NCBI GenBank assembly: GCA_002633005.1
Contig: NMRA01000005.1
Span: forward strand, 2,145,114 to 2,209,113
DNA: 64,000 nucleotides
Origin: Phoronis australis
Lineage: Eukaryota; Animalia; Phoronida
Direction: 5' to 3'
Under the pieces are notes generated by a model that had not been told where the DNA came from, did not search any database, and was given only the letters and a program-made list of their open reading frames with translations. The stretch's first letter is position 1; each line of letters starts with the position of its first letter. The translations under genes and the position numbers were made by a program. Shown piece by piece: positions 36,901 to 51,900 of the stretch.

Positions 36901-39900
36901 TTTACCAAGGTCCGTAGCAGGAGTTTGGGGTCTGTTCGGAGATAAATTCGAAGTATTCTTCAGAGAAATACAGACAGGAGAACCTAGATCTTTGTTGTTT
37001 AGACTTGTGATTTTTTTAGTTCTAAACACACAAAATGCTTGTTATCCCGGCCAGTAGATCGGAACCCGATCAGGCCCGTCGCGGCAGCCGGACTGAAGAC
37101 ATCACGAACAAAAACCAGCCAAAGTTGGAAACTAAACTTCCAGTCAAGGGAATACTATACTAGAGAGCCAAAGAAGTAATGTGGTGAATTAGCCACGAAA
37201 CTGCAAATCTATTTACTCGTCGGGGGTCACAAATTTAGGTTCCCATTTGGCCACAGAACCGTCAGGGCAGAGGTACATTGACAATCATTATTTGAGAAAT
37301 GTATATGCAAATGAAGATTTCCCTAACACCTGGCCGTGGGATAGAAAATCGAATTTTTGTTTCACAGCAGTTTCTGTCAGCCAACACTGAATTAGCATGT
37401 GCTCACACGGCCTCGTTGTCAGGTCAATTAGTTTTATTGCACCTAAAGCCGGTAACGCAGTGATTTATTCATTGCTGGCTTCTCAAATTATTTGCACTCA
37501 TGTACACTCCAAAGGCATTACAAATTGCATCTAATGATACAGACTTTGTTTCAGTTTTATATAAGTATTGGTTAGGGTGAGAATAATTCATTTTGAAAAA
37601 GAACGCTCAGTAATAAACATCTACATGGGAACTCGCATTCCCCATTTAGACGCGAGCTTATCCCACGAACACTTCGCAGGTGGATGGTTAAGTTTCACAG
37701 GCTATCAATTCGAACCGGAATACAATGATGAAGAAATACTAGAGAGGCGCCGTGAACAAGCTCATGCAACGGAACGTATGGATAGTTATTTGGTAAGCTG
37801 GCATTCTTCACTCACTGTCGACGGCTGCAGGCCACAGACACGGAGATGTTTCACGGCCTCATACTTGCTATTTACAGCGTAGGCCTACTTTTCATTCTTC
37901 ACTACGGCGAGCCACTTCCTAAGTATTTCGGACTCTCGAGGAAGTCGAAAAAATGATATGCCCGCTTTCCTCACAGCTACATAGTTCGGACAAGCGGGAA
38001 CCGATGCACCGCAACATATCGGCATTCACTCTGCAAATGAACCACTGACGTCGCTGCATCGTTTCTCACCTTCCTCATAGGTTAACGCGACACCTCTCGG
38101 CAAGGTAAGATCGACCGTATGCGAGGCGATGTGGATGTAGACCGAATAAGATGGTAAAAAAGATTAAGTAAATCGGGTGGCATTCTCCTTTAAATCTAAA
38201 AACGATTTTAGTTATGTCACTGCTTACAACTTACCTAAAGTTTTCTCCATCTCTTTTTCTTCCAACATGACGTACCACGTATTGCCCCAGCAACACTGGT
38301 GGGTTGCTATGCGACCACTACGGTGACCTCTTTTGACCATCTAGAATCAACGAATACGAAGACGGTGTACAGGTAGATACCTACAGTGAGTGGGTTTTTG
38401 TTATCAGAATGTCCTTTTGTAAGTGCATAGATTTTAACGAAATGCACTACCTGAAGAAAACCTATTTAGGAGATTGCATATCTGACGTAGAATTTATTAC
38501 CTTTTTGTTATTTTTTCGCGGATATGCCAAGAAAATAAATCTTTGAAATTGGCAGCCAGCTGTAGTTGTTGTGAGCTCAGGGTGATTGGGACCAGAGCCC
38601 CACCCCATGCCTGAAACGGATTCATTGTTTGTTAACAGCAACAGTTGACGCTTGAAGAATTACCGAGATTGGTGCACTATTTTGCGTCGGTGAGGGTCAT
38701 AGACATTATCAAGTATGTCAAGCTCACTGTCACTCCAACACTGACCTGCAGACACCCGTTGTTTTCGTTGGCATTTAGCAGTGGGATCCATGCGGTGGGA
38801 ATAAGTACACGGTACGAGTCGTTGTCAAAATAGGCGGAATCTGAAAGACACAATAGCTATTTACACGACTATTCGCCCAAATAAGCCGACTTTTATAATC
38901 AAAGAAATTAAATCCGTTCGACGGTACTATGGTACTTACCAAAAATCCTTAAGCCTGGCAAACGTCCCAGTCTCTTCTTATTGAGGAATGGTTGAATGAA
39001 CACTAGCGGGGCAGGTGCAGCTTTCCGCTGTTCTTGCAAAGCTTCACCTGTTCCGCCATTCTAGTCATTCAACCATTCTGTCCCGCTCTCAAGGACTTGA
39101 GGAATTTTTGTAAGTACCTTAGTCCTGTTGAACGGATTTAATTTCTTTAGTTATAACTTTCCTGAACGGATAAAAATTTTCCTTTCAAAAAGCCGATTTT
39201 GCTATTTGGCTAAATAAGACAGTTTTGCTATTCACCTGAAAAATAGGCCAAATAAGACGATTTTTGGTATTTACCTGACAATGCGTTCACTCTTCTTAAG
39301 TTGGGCGATATTTGAAACCACGCCTCTTCGGACAGATAACAATTTTTGCCATTCACCCGACAAACTTCTTAAGTTGCCATTAGTCAATACAACGTCACAG
39401 CCATGACGGCAAATTACTACTGATTTTTGCTCATCAACCCCGGCAAAACGAGTCACGTTTTTATCTATTTACTGCCAAGTGACTGTTGTTATTTATTACC
39501 CGACGTATAAAAAGACAGGAGTTGAAAAATACATGGTCGCATTCATTGTGAAAATTTTACTATAATAATAGGTCTTATCTAAAAGCTGCTTTTCGTCTTG
39601 TTAAGCTGGCTAAAGACGAAAATCGGATTAGGGTTTTTACTCTCATAAAATCGATCTCGCGATATAGTTTACCGTGATAGGATTCTATTTCCGTTTCTCA
39701 AGTCACAGGCAATGCGTACATGCATCATTTTCGAATCCGCAATTTTGGGGCTGGGCAATAAAGCGTTTTCCTGAGTTGCTGATACTTTCAATGTTCTAGT
39801 CGATAACGAGAATAGAATCCTGTCACCGTAAGGAATATTATGATACCGATTTTATGACAGTAAAAGGCATACTGCGAAACGCAGCATTGGGTAATTTGTA

Positions 39901-42900
39901 AGTTACTTTAGAAAAAAGTTATGCGTTTTTGTTTTTATAGGATGCTCTTGATCAAAAGATACAACCATCCGCATTCAACCTTAACTTGCCCCATCCGAGA
40001 ACTTGGGCATTCCTTCCAGTGACCAATAGAGGGTGCTGTGATGGTCGGACAAAGCTGCAGCTAAGTGCAGCCAATGACTGAGTTATTATCTCATTGGTGA
40101 ACCACTCAAAAGGACCGACAACATAGCTTGACTGTTAATAAGGTTGTGACTCGACTATCTTGACTGGATGAGGAGCAGCTGAATTTAGGAAAGACCTCCA
40201 TTTAGAGATTCCGGGACTCAAAACAGAGATCCAGTTGACGGGGGCTTTCATGACAAATTTACATTTTCGTAAAATTTTTTTTCGAAAAACACCGTGATCC
40301 TTTCAATACAGCGTATGGGATCGTTCCAAGAACCTATAGCCTTTGTGGGAATTCGTGGACAGCTGCAGTTTAGCTCTTTGAACCCGAAAGAGTAGGCACC
40401 TACGATAAGAGGTGCAGCTAACAGTACTCGTATGTCAAACTGGATGTAAATCTAGCAAAAGCCTCCAATTATTCGACACTTGGCGAAGAAAATTAAGTAT
40501 GCATCCACACGACTGCTCTCTATCATTTTATACTTAGTAAAATTAAAATATGGGTTACGTGGTCTACATTGTGTTCCCTCGGGTGCACCTTAGTGAGGGA
40601 AGATACGTCGCTGACAATCACATGCTTCGGTAAGTCGTGATTTACGATTCTTGTAATATAGGGAGATTCAAACATATGTAAGGGACAACTTGCATGTAAT
40701 TATTTGCTGCAAATTGAGCAAAATTGAGCTGAAAAGTATCTGATTTGTCGATACCAATTTTGAGTTCATTCATCTATCATTGCTCCCAAGCGCGTTCAAA
40801 TGAGGTGTAATGTAATCAGGGCCTATGCCAAGAATGCGTGATAGTTAATAGTTCAATATCGGATCGCAATGCTTCATCGCTGGAACTGAACAGTGTAAGG
40901 AAATGTCAAAACGTACTAACCGTGTTAAAATACCCTAACTGAATTATGAACGCGATTTTCGTATATTGTTGTGCCCGTTAATAAATCTCCTTAAACTTGC
41001 ACTAGACTTACTGTTAGTTGATATCTGCACAGTCTCTTTGAGGTCTTGAATAGGTAACTGAGACAGATATACACGAATAGATAATAGTTCTTAAGTTTTA
41101 CGAAATTGTGTATTGTATTTCCATAAAAAGGTTATTCCCCTATAAGTAGCTATACATTCCACACTGCCTCGGTTGTACGCTGCAAGCCAGAAAACATGGC
41201 CTTACCATTCAAACCCGGATTTATTGGAACCCTCATACCAGTTGCCATGGTGATTAATACTTCACGAAACATTATTAACTAAACATTTGTTTTTTATGCT
41301 AAGAGTGAATCACTAGTCAGACAAAGGCCACCACTGAAAATTTGGAGAGGAAATGATGCGTACATGTATTCAGGTGGTGCTTAGCGTTTTCCGTTAGGAG
41401 GCGCTTTTCCATTGGTTGACGGTAGGCGGTTTTATAACTAGTCGTGATCATTTTCTCTAATGGCTTAATGACTGCATCAATCATCATTGTGAATTAATAA
41501 GTTAACATCCTTATCTCTTTAGCAAGCGTGTGATACTGCGTTAAATTGCACGCGACACAAACGCTATACAAATCCAAGTCGAGAATTCTGCGGGCACGGC
41601 TGACCGGATTTACCTGCGACACCAAATCAGTAAAAAGACGGTTAGTATCGAGAACTGTGATTAAAAACACTAAGCTACTCTTTAAGATAGTTTCGGGAAG
41701 CATCAATAATCTCGTATAAAAAATGAGAAACGCAAGCAGGTAAGTTGACGTTTCAGTCGTCTCACCTTAGGATAGCTGACGCAATTGTTTTTCTCGACCA
41801 TAGACACTTATATTTACACCCTATCCAATTATGTAGATGGTGTATTTTCACAGAAGTCGCCAACAAGTTCACAGTACATGCATTTGCCTATCAGCGTGTA
41901 CGCAATTGGTTCTCCGAGAGTGACCGTAATAAAAACGCTGACGTAAATAGTTGTTTGCCCGCGCTTTGCTAACAATACATTTGTGACAACTTTGACCAAA
42001 CAAAACGTTGTATTCGTGTATGGAGATAATGCGTTCTTGACTGATATTCACTCGTTTAGTGTGACGTCATTTTGACGTTTTGAACCCCGTAAAATAAGAT
42101 TAAAATGCTAAAATTAAAAACAATACTATTAATTTGCCCCCCAGCAGGTGCAACCGTTGTTGGAACACACCGATTTATCTAAAAACGTAATTTTGTAAAC
42201 ATTTCAAGTGATATATATTGCCCCCGCACTTACCTGAATCGGAAATAAATCCAAGACTTGCAAAATTTTGAAAATTGTGCTGTGATTGTGGATTTCAAGT
42301 GCTATGTGTGGGNATTGCACGCGACACAAACGCTATACAAATCCAAGTCGAGAATTCTGCGGGCACGGCTGACCGCATTTACCTGCGATACCAAATCAGT
42401 AAAAAGACGGTTAGTATCGAGAACTGTGATTAAAAACCCTAAGCTACTCTTTAAGATAGTTTCGGGAAGCATCAATAATCTCGTATAAAAATGAGAAACG
42501 CAAGCAGGTAAGTTGACGTTTCAGTCGTCTCACCTTAGGATAGCTGACGCAATTGTTTTTCTCGACAATAGACACTTATATTTACACCCTATCCAATTAT
42601 GTAGATGGTGTATTTTCACAGAAGTCGCCAACAAGTTCACAGTACATGCATTTGCCTATCAGCGTGTACGCAATTGGTTCTCCGAGAGTGACCGTAATAA
42701 AAACGCTGACGTAAATAGTTGTTTGGATGTTCACCCGCGCTTTGCTAACAATACATTTGTGACAACTTTGACGAAACAAAACGTTGTATTCGTGTATGAA
42801 GATAATGCGTTCTTGACTGATATTCACTCGTTTAGTGTGACGTCATTTTGACGTTTTGAACCCCGTAAAATAAGATTAAAATGCTAAAATTAAAAACAAT

Positions 42901-45900
42901 ACTATTAATTTGCTCCCCAGCAGGTGCAACCGTTGTTGGAACACACCGATTTATCTAAAAACGTAATTTTGTAAACATTTCAAGTGATATATTGCCCCCG
43001 CACTTACCTGAATCGGAAATAAATCCAAGACTTGCAAAGTTTTGAAAATTGTGCTGTGATTGTGGATTTCAAGTGCTATGTATGGGTCCAAACCGTGTTA
43101 TGTTTCTTGCACTAAACATCCCAATAAGCCAATACCAACGACGAGATGGGCTTCTGTTGTTTCAGTCTGTCTAAGAAGGACTTTTAAGTTTATTGATACA
43201 CATACGGCTATTGATTTCCATTTTACATACACATGCAGTTGTGTCTTTATGAGGTTCTCTTGTTCTGCATAACTGACTGGGGTGCAAAAAGCTTAAAAAC
43301 TGGTCGCTGGATAAGTTTTATCGTTGCAACACTTCAGTATAGCTCTGCCACGTCACGCTGGCATGATAACGTCGTTATCCAGCATACAATTAGTTTTCAT
43401 GCATTGTTGAATTTCATATGGTACCGGAAATCAAGTTAATGTTAGGGGGCAGGAGAGAGAGAGAGAGAGAGAGAGGGAGGGCGAGAGAGANNNNNNNNNN
43501 NNNNNNNNNNNNNNNNNNNNTACCTTGGTGCCACGGTACGATCGTAGCTTCATTATTTGGTGTTTTCGTCCGTATGTTCCACACGGGATTTCCGGCTATC
43601 TCGGGACCGATCAGTTGTTCCACGATGTTCAACAATCTCTCATTCGACCACAGTTCTCTGACGGCCTATATGACACAATAACAGAATCAGTGAAATTTAT
43701 TGCATAGAGATCATTTGATACGGATTAAAAACTTATATCTTAGAGAAATGCTTACAACGCACTTTTATCGGTCGAGATAAATGCCGAATATGAAAGTGCT
43801 CTTTGGCATTCTGTACTGAGAAGTTCAGTAAAGTTTATGAACCAAGAAGTTCACTCTTACTGGAAGTCAAATACCCTATGGGCATTGGCATCCCTAAGAT
43901 ACTCCCTTAGAAGAGGTACACGGGACATGCCACTCAGAGGGGGACATTTTCACTATCAGTTTTTACTACGAGAAGGTAGAAGGTGCCTTTTCAGAAAAAC
44001 ACTCCTATGAAAGGGCTCACTTTGATCGTTCGAAACTCTAAATTCCAACTACACTATCCTGTTACCAACATGTACTAATTATTAACAACATGCCATCTCC
44101 TCTTGTATTGTTTCAGCCTTAAAGGGGTTTAACATTCTCGTTTATATAATTTACCGCTACAAGAGGGCGTTGTATCTGGAGCAAACTTTAACGAAAGGAT
44201 GAGTTTTCATGAAAGCTCTCTACAAGAGGGCGCTGTTTTCAAGCCTATTCTCTGACTAGGTGGATGTCTTAATTTTCAGCTACACACCACCCCCACCGTC
44301 AAACCTATAGTTAAGTATCTCCAGGAGCTAAATTTTAAGGAACAAGATTTTTCGTTATCAGCCGGTGGCTAAACTAACAGCCTTGGTCATCAAAACCAGT
44401 GTCGGTCGATGACACGAATTGCTAAAGAAGTCTTGAGCAACATTTCTTCTTCACAGAGCTGGATTAAAACTTCTCGGGGTCAATAACATAAAAATATCTG
44501 GGGCCCTAGTAACGTAAACTGACCCCAACTCGCCACAACTGACCCCAACTCGCCATATTTTTAGTTACATTATCCACTCACAGGACGCCACGATTCCCTT
44601 TCTTCGCCGTTCGCCAAAATTTTTCCCCATTGCCACAACTTTCAAGGAGTTCCTGTGGCTAGAAGGCAGGGTCGCTATTTTGAGTGGGTGCCAACCTGTA
44701 ACTTCGTTTTCTTAAATGTGAAAACCTAGAAAAAATACCGAATTTCGGGATGGTTGATCGAATTTATTTAAACGTTTAAGATACTGAACTTTGCTCTCCA
44801 ATATTACGAATTATCTTAAAAAGGTTTCACTTAAGCATGACAGGTTATCGAAATTTGGGGCTTTCATGATTTTCGTGAAAAATTCAAAGGCTGCACAAAA
44901 CGAAACGGAAGGTAATTCAGAAAACTGTAACAGCGTTTTTTGAACATATATATCAAACTTTTCGTGAAAAATTCAAAGGCTGCACAAAACGAAACGGAGA
45001 GTAATTCAGAAAATTGTAACAGCGTTTTTGAACATATATATCAAACTAAATTTAGCCATGTTATTGCTACTGTTATTTGGCTTTGGATGTACATTTATTT
45101 TTCTTAACTTTTAATAAAAATGCATGGCCACGTTACCCAATTAATGATAGACTGGTATAAAGTGAAAATTCAAATTGTTCCAGGTTTCTAATATATGTTT
45201 TAATATATTTTTTTCTACTAACACATGCAGGCCCCGGGCAACACACTGCGCAGGTGAGGGTCCTCCCAGATGCAGACTGCGGATAAAAAAGAGATTTATC
45301 TCTTTTCACAAGTGTTTCTGAAACATTTACTTGTCAATGGGCTGGGTGACAGAAATTGTTATAAGTACATTTGGCATCAAAAAGGTTCTGTGTGTCATTG
45401 AAAGGACTGTTAATTGAGAGTGACAGTATCCTGTCTTCTTTTTGTACACAAAATTGTGCGTTTCATTGTCTGCTAGCTTAGATTAACTTAAAGTGTACGT
45501 TGTTACCAGTCCACCGTCGCGATCTTTACATCGGAATGGAGCACTCTTTTTCAGCGATTTAAGCGATCAATATTCACTGCAAAGCATCTACAAATATTAA
45601 GCACGTGTGGAGGGTTTCTTTAATATTTTGTACCCACAGTTAATCGATTCAAGCTCTTTTCAAAACAACATGTATTACAAGGTCATGTAATGCTTATTAC
45701 ATGTTCAAACAAATATTGATTACATGCTGCATCACAAATCACGATTTTTTCGAACATGCGGGCTAATTAATCACACCATGACATCTCCTTATGGACACGT
45801 CACCGTAATGAAGATCGATTCTTAATTTGCTCGAGAGCCCAACCCATTAAAACACTTATACTCGAATTTTCAAAGCACAAAAATGAATTGTGTGCTTTAG

Positions 45901-48900
45901 TACAATCTAACTTTAAATCCCAGTCGTGTGCAGCAATCAAAATATTTTCGAGTTGAGTGTTTCGCAGTTGAAAATATTCTGCTTCAGTTTCAAAAGAATT
46001 TCATCCTGAAAATCTGAGTAGCAGTTTAAGTAATCCATTCCTACTCCATCATCAGTACGTGACTTTGCATCTGCGTTATTGCTTTTATGGTGTCTGCTAA
46101 CTTAGTTTTTCTTGCTAGCCGATTGTGTATTGGATGTTAACTAAGTGTCTCTCTAAGTCTGTTCTTCCCTTCCGCTCTCTCTTCGCTTGCAACTCTCCAA
46201 CCCCATGGAATAGCTAGGAAATTTCCACGTGCATGTAGACTTTTGTATGTATTTACCTGCGGGAGAATTCCTTGTTTATGAAGAATGATATTCGCTCCGG
46301 GAAACTCCTTCTCAATCATTGTGAGACGTTGAAACAAACCATACTCTTTGTACAATTCTGTATGGGAAAGAAGGCCAATTAAAACAAAACGAAACAAAAG
46401 AAATTGCATATTCCGGTGTTTGAAAAATATGACAGTGTTATACTTCAAGATTGTAGAAGGCGTGCGGCAAATTTGTAGGCTTACTATTACAAAGATCGAG
46501 ACGGGTATGTGACAGCCGTCGAATAAATCCTCTTAAAATAGAATACATATTTAATCAGGCCACATACTACCGGCATAAATCGTAAATCAGCTCACGGGTG
46601 CATCTTCCTAATAAGACAAACCCTGTAAAAACAGTTTGAAACTAGACGCTTTTCAACCAAACTACTAGAGCATGCCATGCAATAATAGCAAGAATCTAAG
46701 CATTATGTGTCCTTGGTGACTGCTCATTTACGATCAAAACGTATAAAAATAGCGACGTGACTCCTATTCACATTGGCTGCATTTCACTGAGTACGCCGGT
46801 TTCATCGGGTCAACCGGCTAAACCATTTGATTGGTTGTCGATGATGACTTCTGGATCACAGACCAATCAGATGTCTTTACCAATTCATCCGACGGGTTTA
46901 GCCAATCAAGTGTAGCCAACGTTGTGTCGTTTCCTGCGTAATTTGCTCGCGTGGAAACCTTTAAGCCATGGCCCCATATGTCCTATCTTTTAGGTCCGTG
47001 GCTACCTCGGAGGAGGGGGGAGATTTTGGATTAGACCCTTTTCCAGATGTTCAATAGTGAATAGCACCAAAGTTCCCAAGAATTCATTTGGATGATTGGT
47101 ATGAGTCTTAGTTTAAAAGTTGGAAAAAACAAGCTTCAAATATTTTGTTAGCCACAAGATTCCAACGCAATATGATCAAAACAGCCAATCAAACGACAGG
47201 TAATGATTGGATCCGTGCCATTCCCAACATGTTTGCTTACAGTAGTGTTTTGTGCTTCTTAAACCAACCAGGAGTTTGTGTCAGCTGTGGCACTGCTGAG
47301 ATGATTAATTATGGCATGCGTATATGAATTATTTACACAGCAATGAAGTGCCAAGATGTCTGCCCGTTGTTACATTCTGCTCACCATTCTGAGCTTCTGG
47401 AATTTACAAACATCACCTGCTCTCGCCTGACTAAGGGCCAGACTACAGACTCTGCAAACAAGTGGACTGAAAAGTTTTTAAGTTTTTGTACTTTATCACA
47501 GACAGTGTTACAGACAGGTTACTGATGTTACGGAAATTGAAAGAGCTAATAAACAAGGAAAAGGATCGATCAAGGAAACGCTGAACTTAATAGAAAATTA
47601 TTATAACAAAATTATCAGTTCTAGTGGGTAACAGACGACTAAACAAAGAAAAGGAAACTTCAAATCCTTCCTAACTTCAAAGTATTGACTGATAACAAAC
47701 CTCAGTTGGAAAAACTACGGTCAATTATCTCCAGATTGGGACATAGAGAAAATATTATTTTGCCATAGGGCCCGAAATTGTCACAAATTTTAGAAATATG
47801 CACTATTAGCTGTCCCAAACACATTGTACTGGCGATAGTTTTACCAACGTGATCAGCACTGCTTTTAAACTTCATAGCCTATTTCAAACTCTGATATGCA
47901 AAAAATGGGAAACGTTAGGAATTATAAAAAATACAAAAATCATAATGAGGAAAATTCAGTTTTAGCTCAGATTTCGGGAGATAGTCCCGAAGTAGGGAAT
48001 TTTTTTAAGAAATATTTATTATTCCAATTACATAACCTCTAAAACAAGACACTTTAGAATAAACTTTTGTGTTACAGTAAACGCTTTTCAATTTCAGAAA
48101 AAAGCTGTTGCTAAAATGGACATTGTTCTATTTTTCAAAGGCTGAATAACAGTGTTACAGATGCTCAAAATTTTACCATGTGTTGTGTGATAACAGTTGT
48201 ACACGTTCAGTATAATCAATGGTGGTATTGGCTTTCATTTTTTTAAAAGGCTTACGTTTGCTTAGAACTTTGACAAAATAAAATTACCCGACCTGGATAG
48301 ACAATTCCAGAGTATTTCAAGAAGTTTCATTCTTGAGACGCAGACAAGGAGGCCTGTGTTAAACTTCTGTTTAAACAATGGTCAAGTGTTGATGCTGAGC
48401 TATTTGGGGACGGAAGTCTATGTCCCCCACAGAAATCTGAGTCATTGCCATGTTAGTGATTTTTAAAGGAAGGTTTTCTGTGCCACATTTTGCAAAATAG
48501 CTGGACAGATAGTCGTTATGCATTTTTCGCGTTGCGATCAACATAACCACTGAGCAACATTAATAAGCCAGCGAGTACGATATTTTAATCGCAAAATCTC
48601 AACATCTCTTCTAATGGCATGAATCTATTCCTTTCTCAGTTCAGCATCGTTAGGGAACATATACAAAGAAAGTCCTTCTTTTTGGTCGAGTTGTTGCTCA
48701 GTTGCACACAGCAATGTTTGCAAACGAGCGGCCGGGAAGCATGGCCTCGCTTCCGAGTAAGTTCATTCAAAGATGGTGCGATGGTCCAAGTAGATAATAG
48801 TCCCAATGATTTTAAAAACACCAAAATTTTAATGGCCCCAAAAGTAGCCACGGACATGATTTTCTAGGCTTCCTGGAATCTAATGGACTATTGCCTATTT

Positions 48901-51900
48901 CGTGAGTGTCAAGGCTCACTTCCCTTTAAGTGATTGCGCATATTCCCTCCGTGAGTACAAGGATTCGATCTTAAACCACCTGCAGTTATGTCATGTTTTA
49001 AACGTGCGGGCGCAGATAGTCGTGGAAAACACTTTATCAAAACATGCTTTCTCATTGTAGCAAAGGAGTGTATTTCTGTTGCACGCGTCTGGGCTCCGGT
49101 GAGTTGCTTGAATTATTCACAAATCTGTTCACGAAGTGGGATACACTTGATCAATTTTTAATGGCCAAAGAAAAACGAGTATGTAGTAGTAGCCGGTCTC
49201 GTGTCGCAGGGCGTCTCGGAAAGACGAAGTGCGTGCTCTCTACGTTATGGCGAAGCTGGTTTGAAATCTAATAAGTAAGTATTGCAAACTAAATACTGCC
49301 AGCGATGATGTACGTAGTAGTGACAGACTTAAAAGTCAAAACACTGGCAGCCCCAGTGACGATGACAATGAACACGGTGATGACGCTATTTGTAACAAGT
49401 TATGTCATAAAACGAGTAACAAAAAACAACTTCAAAATTTCAAAAACTTCTAATCGTTTAAATACTTGTGATTTTGCCGGCCGCATGCAGTGTTTCCGCC
49501 AAATCATTCACAAGACCCTTGATAGCCTCTCTGCAGGACTCCAGTTCATCAACAGTGAAGAAATCCTCCACCACAACATAGCCCTACAAGAAAAGATGAG
49601 GATCATTCAAGACCTCGCAAAATCACGCGAGTCTGCTCGAAACCTTCATGTAAGGTGGGACAAGATGGCCAGACGGGGTAAAATGCTAACCACCTTTACG
49701 TTTCACGCGAAAGCGCTCACTTCACTTGACTCAACAATGCATAACGGCTACCTTTGCGTTGAAATTCCGATTGCATACTGCGTTTTAATGATCAATGAGG
49801 AGTTGAAGTACACTTTTGCGAGGGCAAGAACGATGAAATTGGTGACGGTGCAGATTTTTTGAGTGAATAATTCTCGCGGTCCATTTCAAAATCCGGAAAT
49901 TGATTGTTCCGGAAATAATGTACTCTCGGTGAACCTTAAAAAGCGGCTAATTGTATAGATATTTAAAGGAATTAATCAACAGTGGCACTCGAAAGTCGAA
50001 ATATTAGTTTTGGTTTTCATTTTTGGAAATATCCAAATGTCTCTTTAATGGTGTACAATTACGTTTCGATATGCATATCCCTGTTTCGTCGTTTTTGGCA
50101 TATAAATTTGTCGCCTTCAACACAATTAAAGTTGAACACACTTTTGGTTTCTGTTGATCTGCGACCTGATGCAAAACGCCTACTCTGGCCGTTTTACACA
50201 AAAGGAAGAACATTTTTGTCTCAAGCAAGAGGAAAGACGCTCTAAACTTAGTTTTTAAAAATTTCCATTGGTGTGCAGTGTCAGACCAAATCAGTTCACG
50301 TTAATTAATAGAATAATGTAAGAAAATCATCACGGGGTGTTCAAGCTAGGGTGATGAAGGTTGGATTATAGGGTAGAATTCATCAATAATGCCATAGAAT
50401 CAATTGTTTCTGTTCCGTAAGCGAATGTTATTCCTCGTCGCAAGTGCGTGGCTACTGTCTTGAGACTACGGAACGCAGCGCGGGTTTCTATTGAAGTGGA
50501 AAGAACGCGTGGTTTGTGGCCCGAAAATCAGAATTATAGTGCTCTAATGCATGAATCATTAAAAAATAGAATTATATAAGTTAATGAAAAGTGGCTGTAT
50601 ATTACCGCGAGCTGATGAAAATTGTAGTAAATATGTCCATTTACGTGGTTTAGTCGCGGTGAAAACGGAAGACCACGATTGAAGGACCCACGGTGCGTAT
50701 TGAATTTCGTGTACGACTATACTTAAAAATCCACAAGAAACTTTCTATATTATAGGTTGTTCATGCATGCCTCTTAAAGACATCCCGTGTGTAAATTAGC
50801 TCTTCTCCAGACACGCCTTCAGCCGATTTTCGTTCTGAAATACATTGAGCTGTATGCTGACGTAATTTACAGTTGGATCATAAAGTGAAATGGGGCTACC
50901 ATGCGAACGTACTACGCGAATCGATTCATTTTGCGGTGAAAAATACACGAACCATTTTTACTTGCACAGCATAGGCTGAGGTTTTGGTTCGTAAAACATA
51001 CGTCAAGTTTTGTCCCACGAGGTTTCCACCAGCGTCTGAAAATAGTTATTTACAGACATATAGGTCTACATAGTTATTTGCAGGCATGCGAATGGTTATT
51101 TACTATCGCTGGCCGAATCGATGAACGTTGCGCGCTAAATTACGTGCGTAAAGTAATTCTTGTTGGTGGCGTGAATTAAATATTTGCTGGGTAAAGTAGT
51201 TTTTAAGGGCCTTTCATACTAAACCCAACGCATCGTTGTAGGCCTATTGGGGAGTTGCGGTCAGTATGAACGCTCAACTTCGGTCCTGGATCGAAGTTAA
51301 CAGCGCCAATTAACTTCGCACTAAGCAGGTGGATTTTACAGCGGAGAGTCGACGCTGCAGCGCCAACGGTCAACTTCGGTCCCATCGAAGTTATCGCCAG
51401 GTGCCACTGTTATCGTCAACAATTAAAAGGTCGTGTCGTCGCTAATAGTTGCTTATATTTTGCTCGAATAATCACCAATCGAATTAAAAATACGTTTCAT
51501 GTTAATTAGTACATATAAATATTCCCAAATTGTCACATTAAAAATAATCTTAGCGTGCAGCGCTTCCTTGCGATTACTTCGATGACAACAGCGTCACCTA
51601 CCGTTTACTTTGTTGTTCGTATAAAAGGCATTTAATAGTGTGAAATAATTATTTGCGGCGTAAAGTAACGTTTAAAGCTGTAAAGTAAATATCTTCAGAC
51701 TGTTTACGTGTCTAATGCAGGACCTCGCTAGAAAACCAAGACTTCGCGAGATTACGCAAGATATTTGTTGTGTTCTTGCAAAAACTACATTTATGGCTAT
51801 TTATGTCGCTTTTACTGCATATGAGCGGCGAAACGATTAAAACGCCGGGCCCGAAAAGCATACATGTAGGCCTACGTATTAATTGACTACGAACGTGACT

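Noticed and set aside
37043-37342. Possible MITE nested in the Kolobok-like element (TATCCCGGCCAG ... CTGGCCGTGGGATA)
   Set aside because: The inverted match is short and needs a 2-nt gap, so it cannot be separated from chance without other copies.
49305-49862. 185-aa plus-strand ORF
   Set aside because: It is antisense to PhyH exon 2 and has no recognisable motif, so it is probably a shadow ORF.
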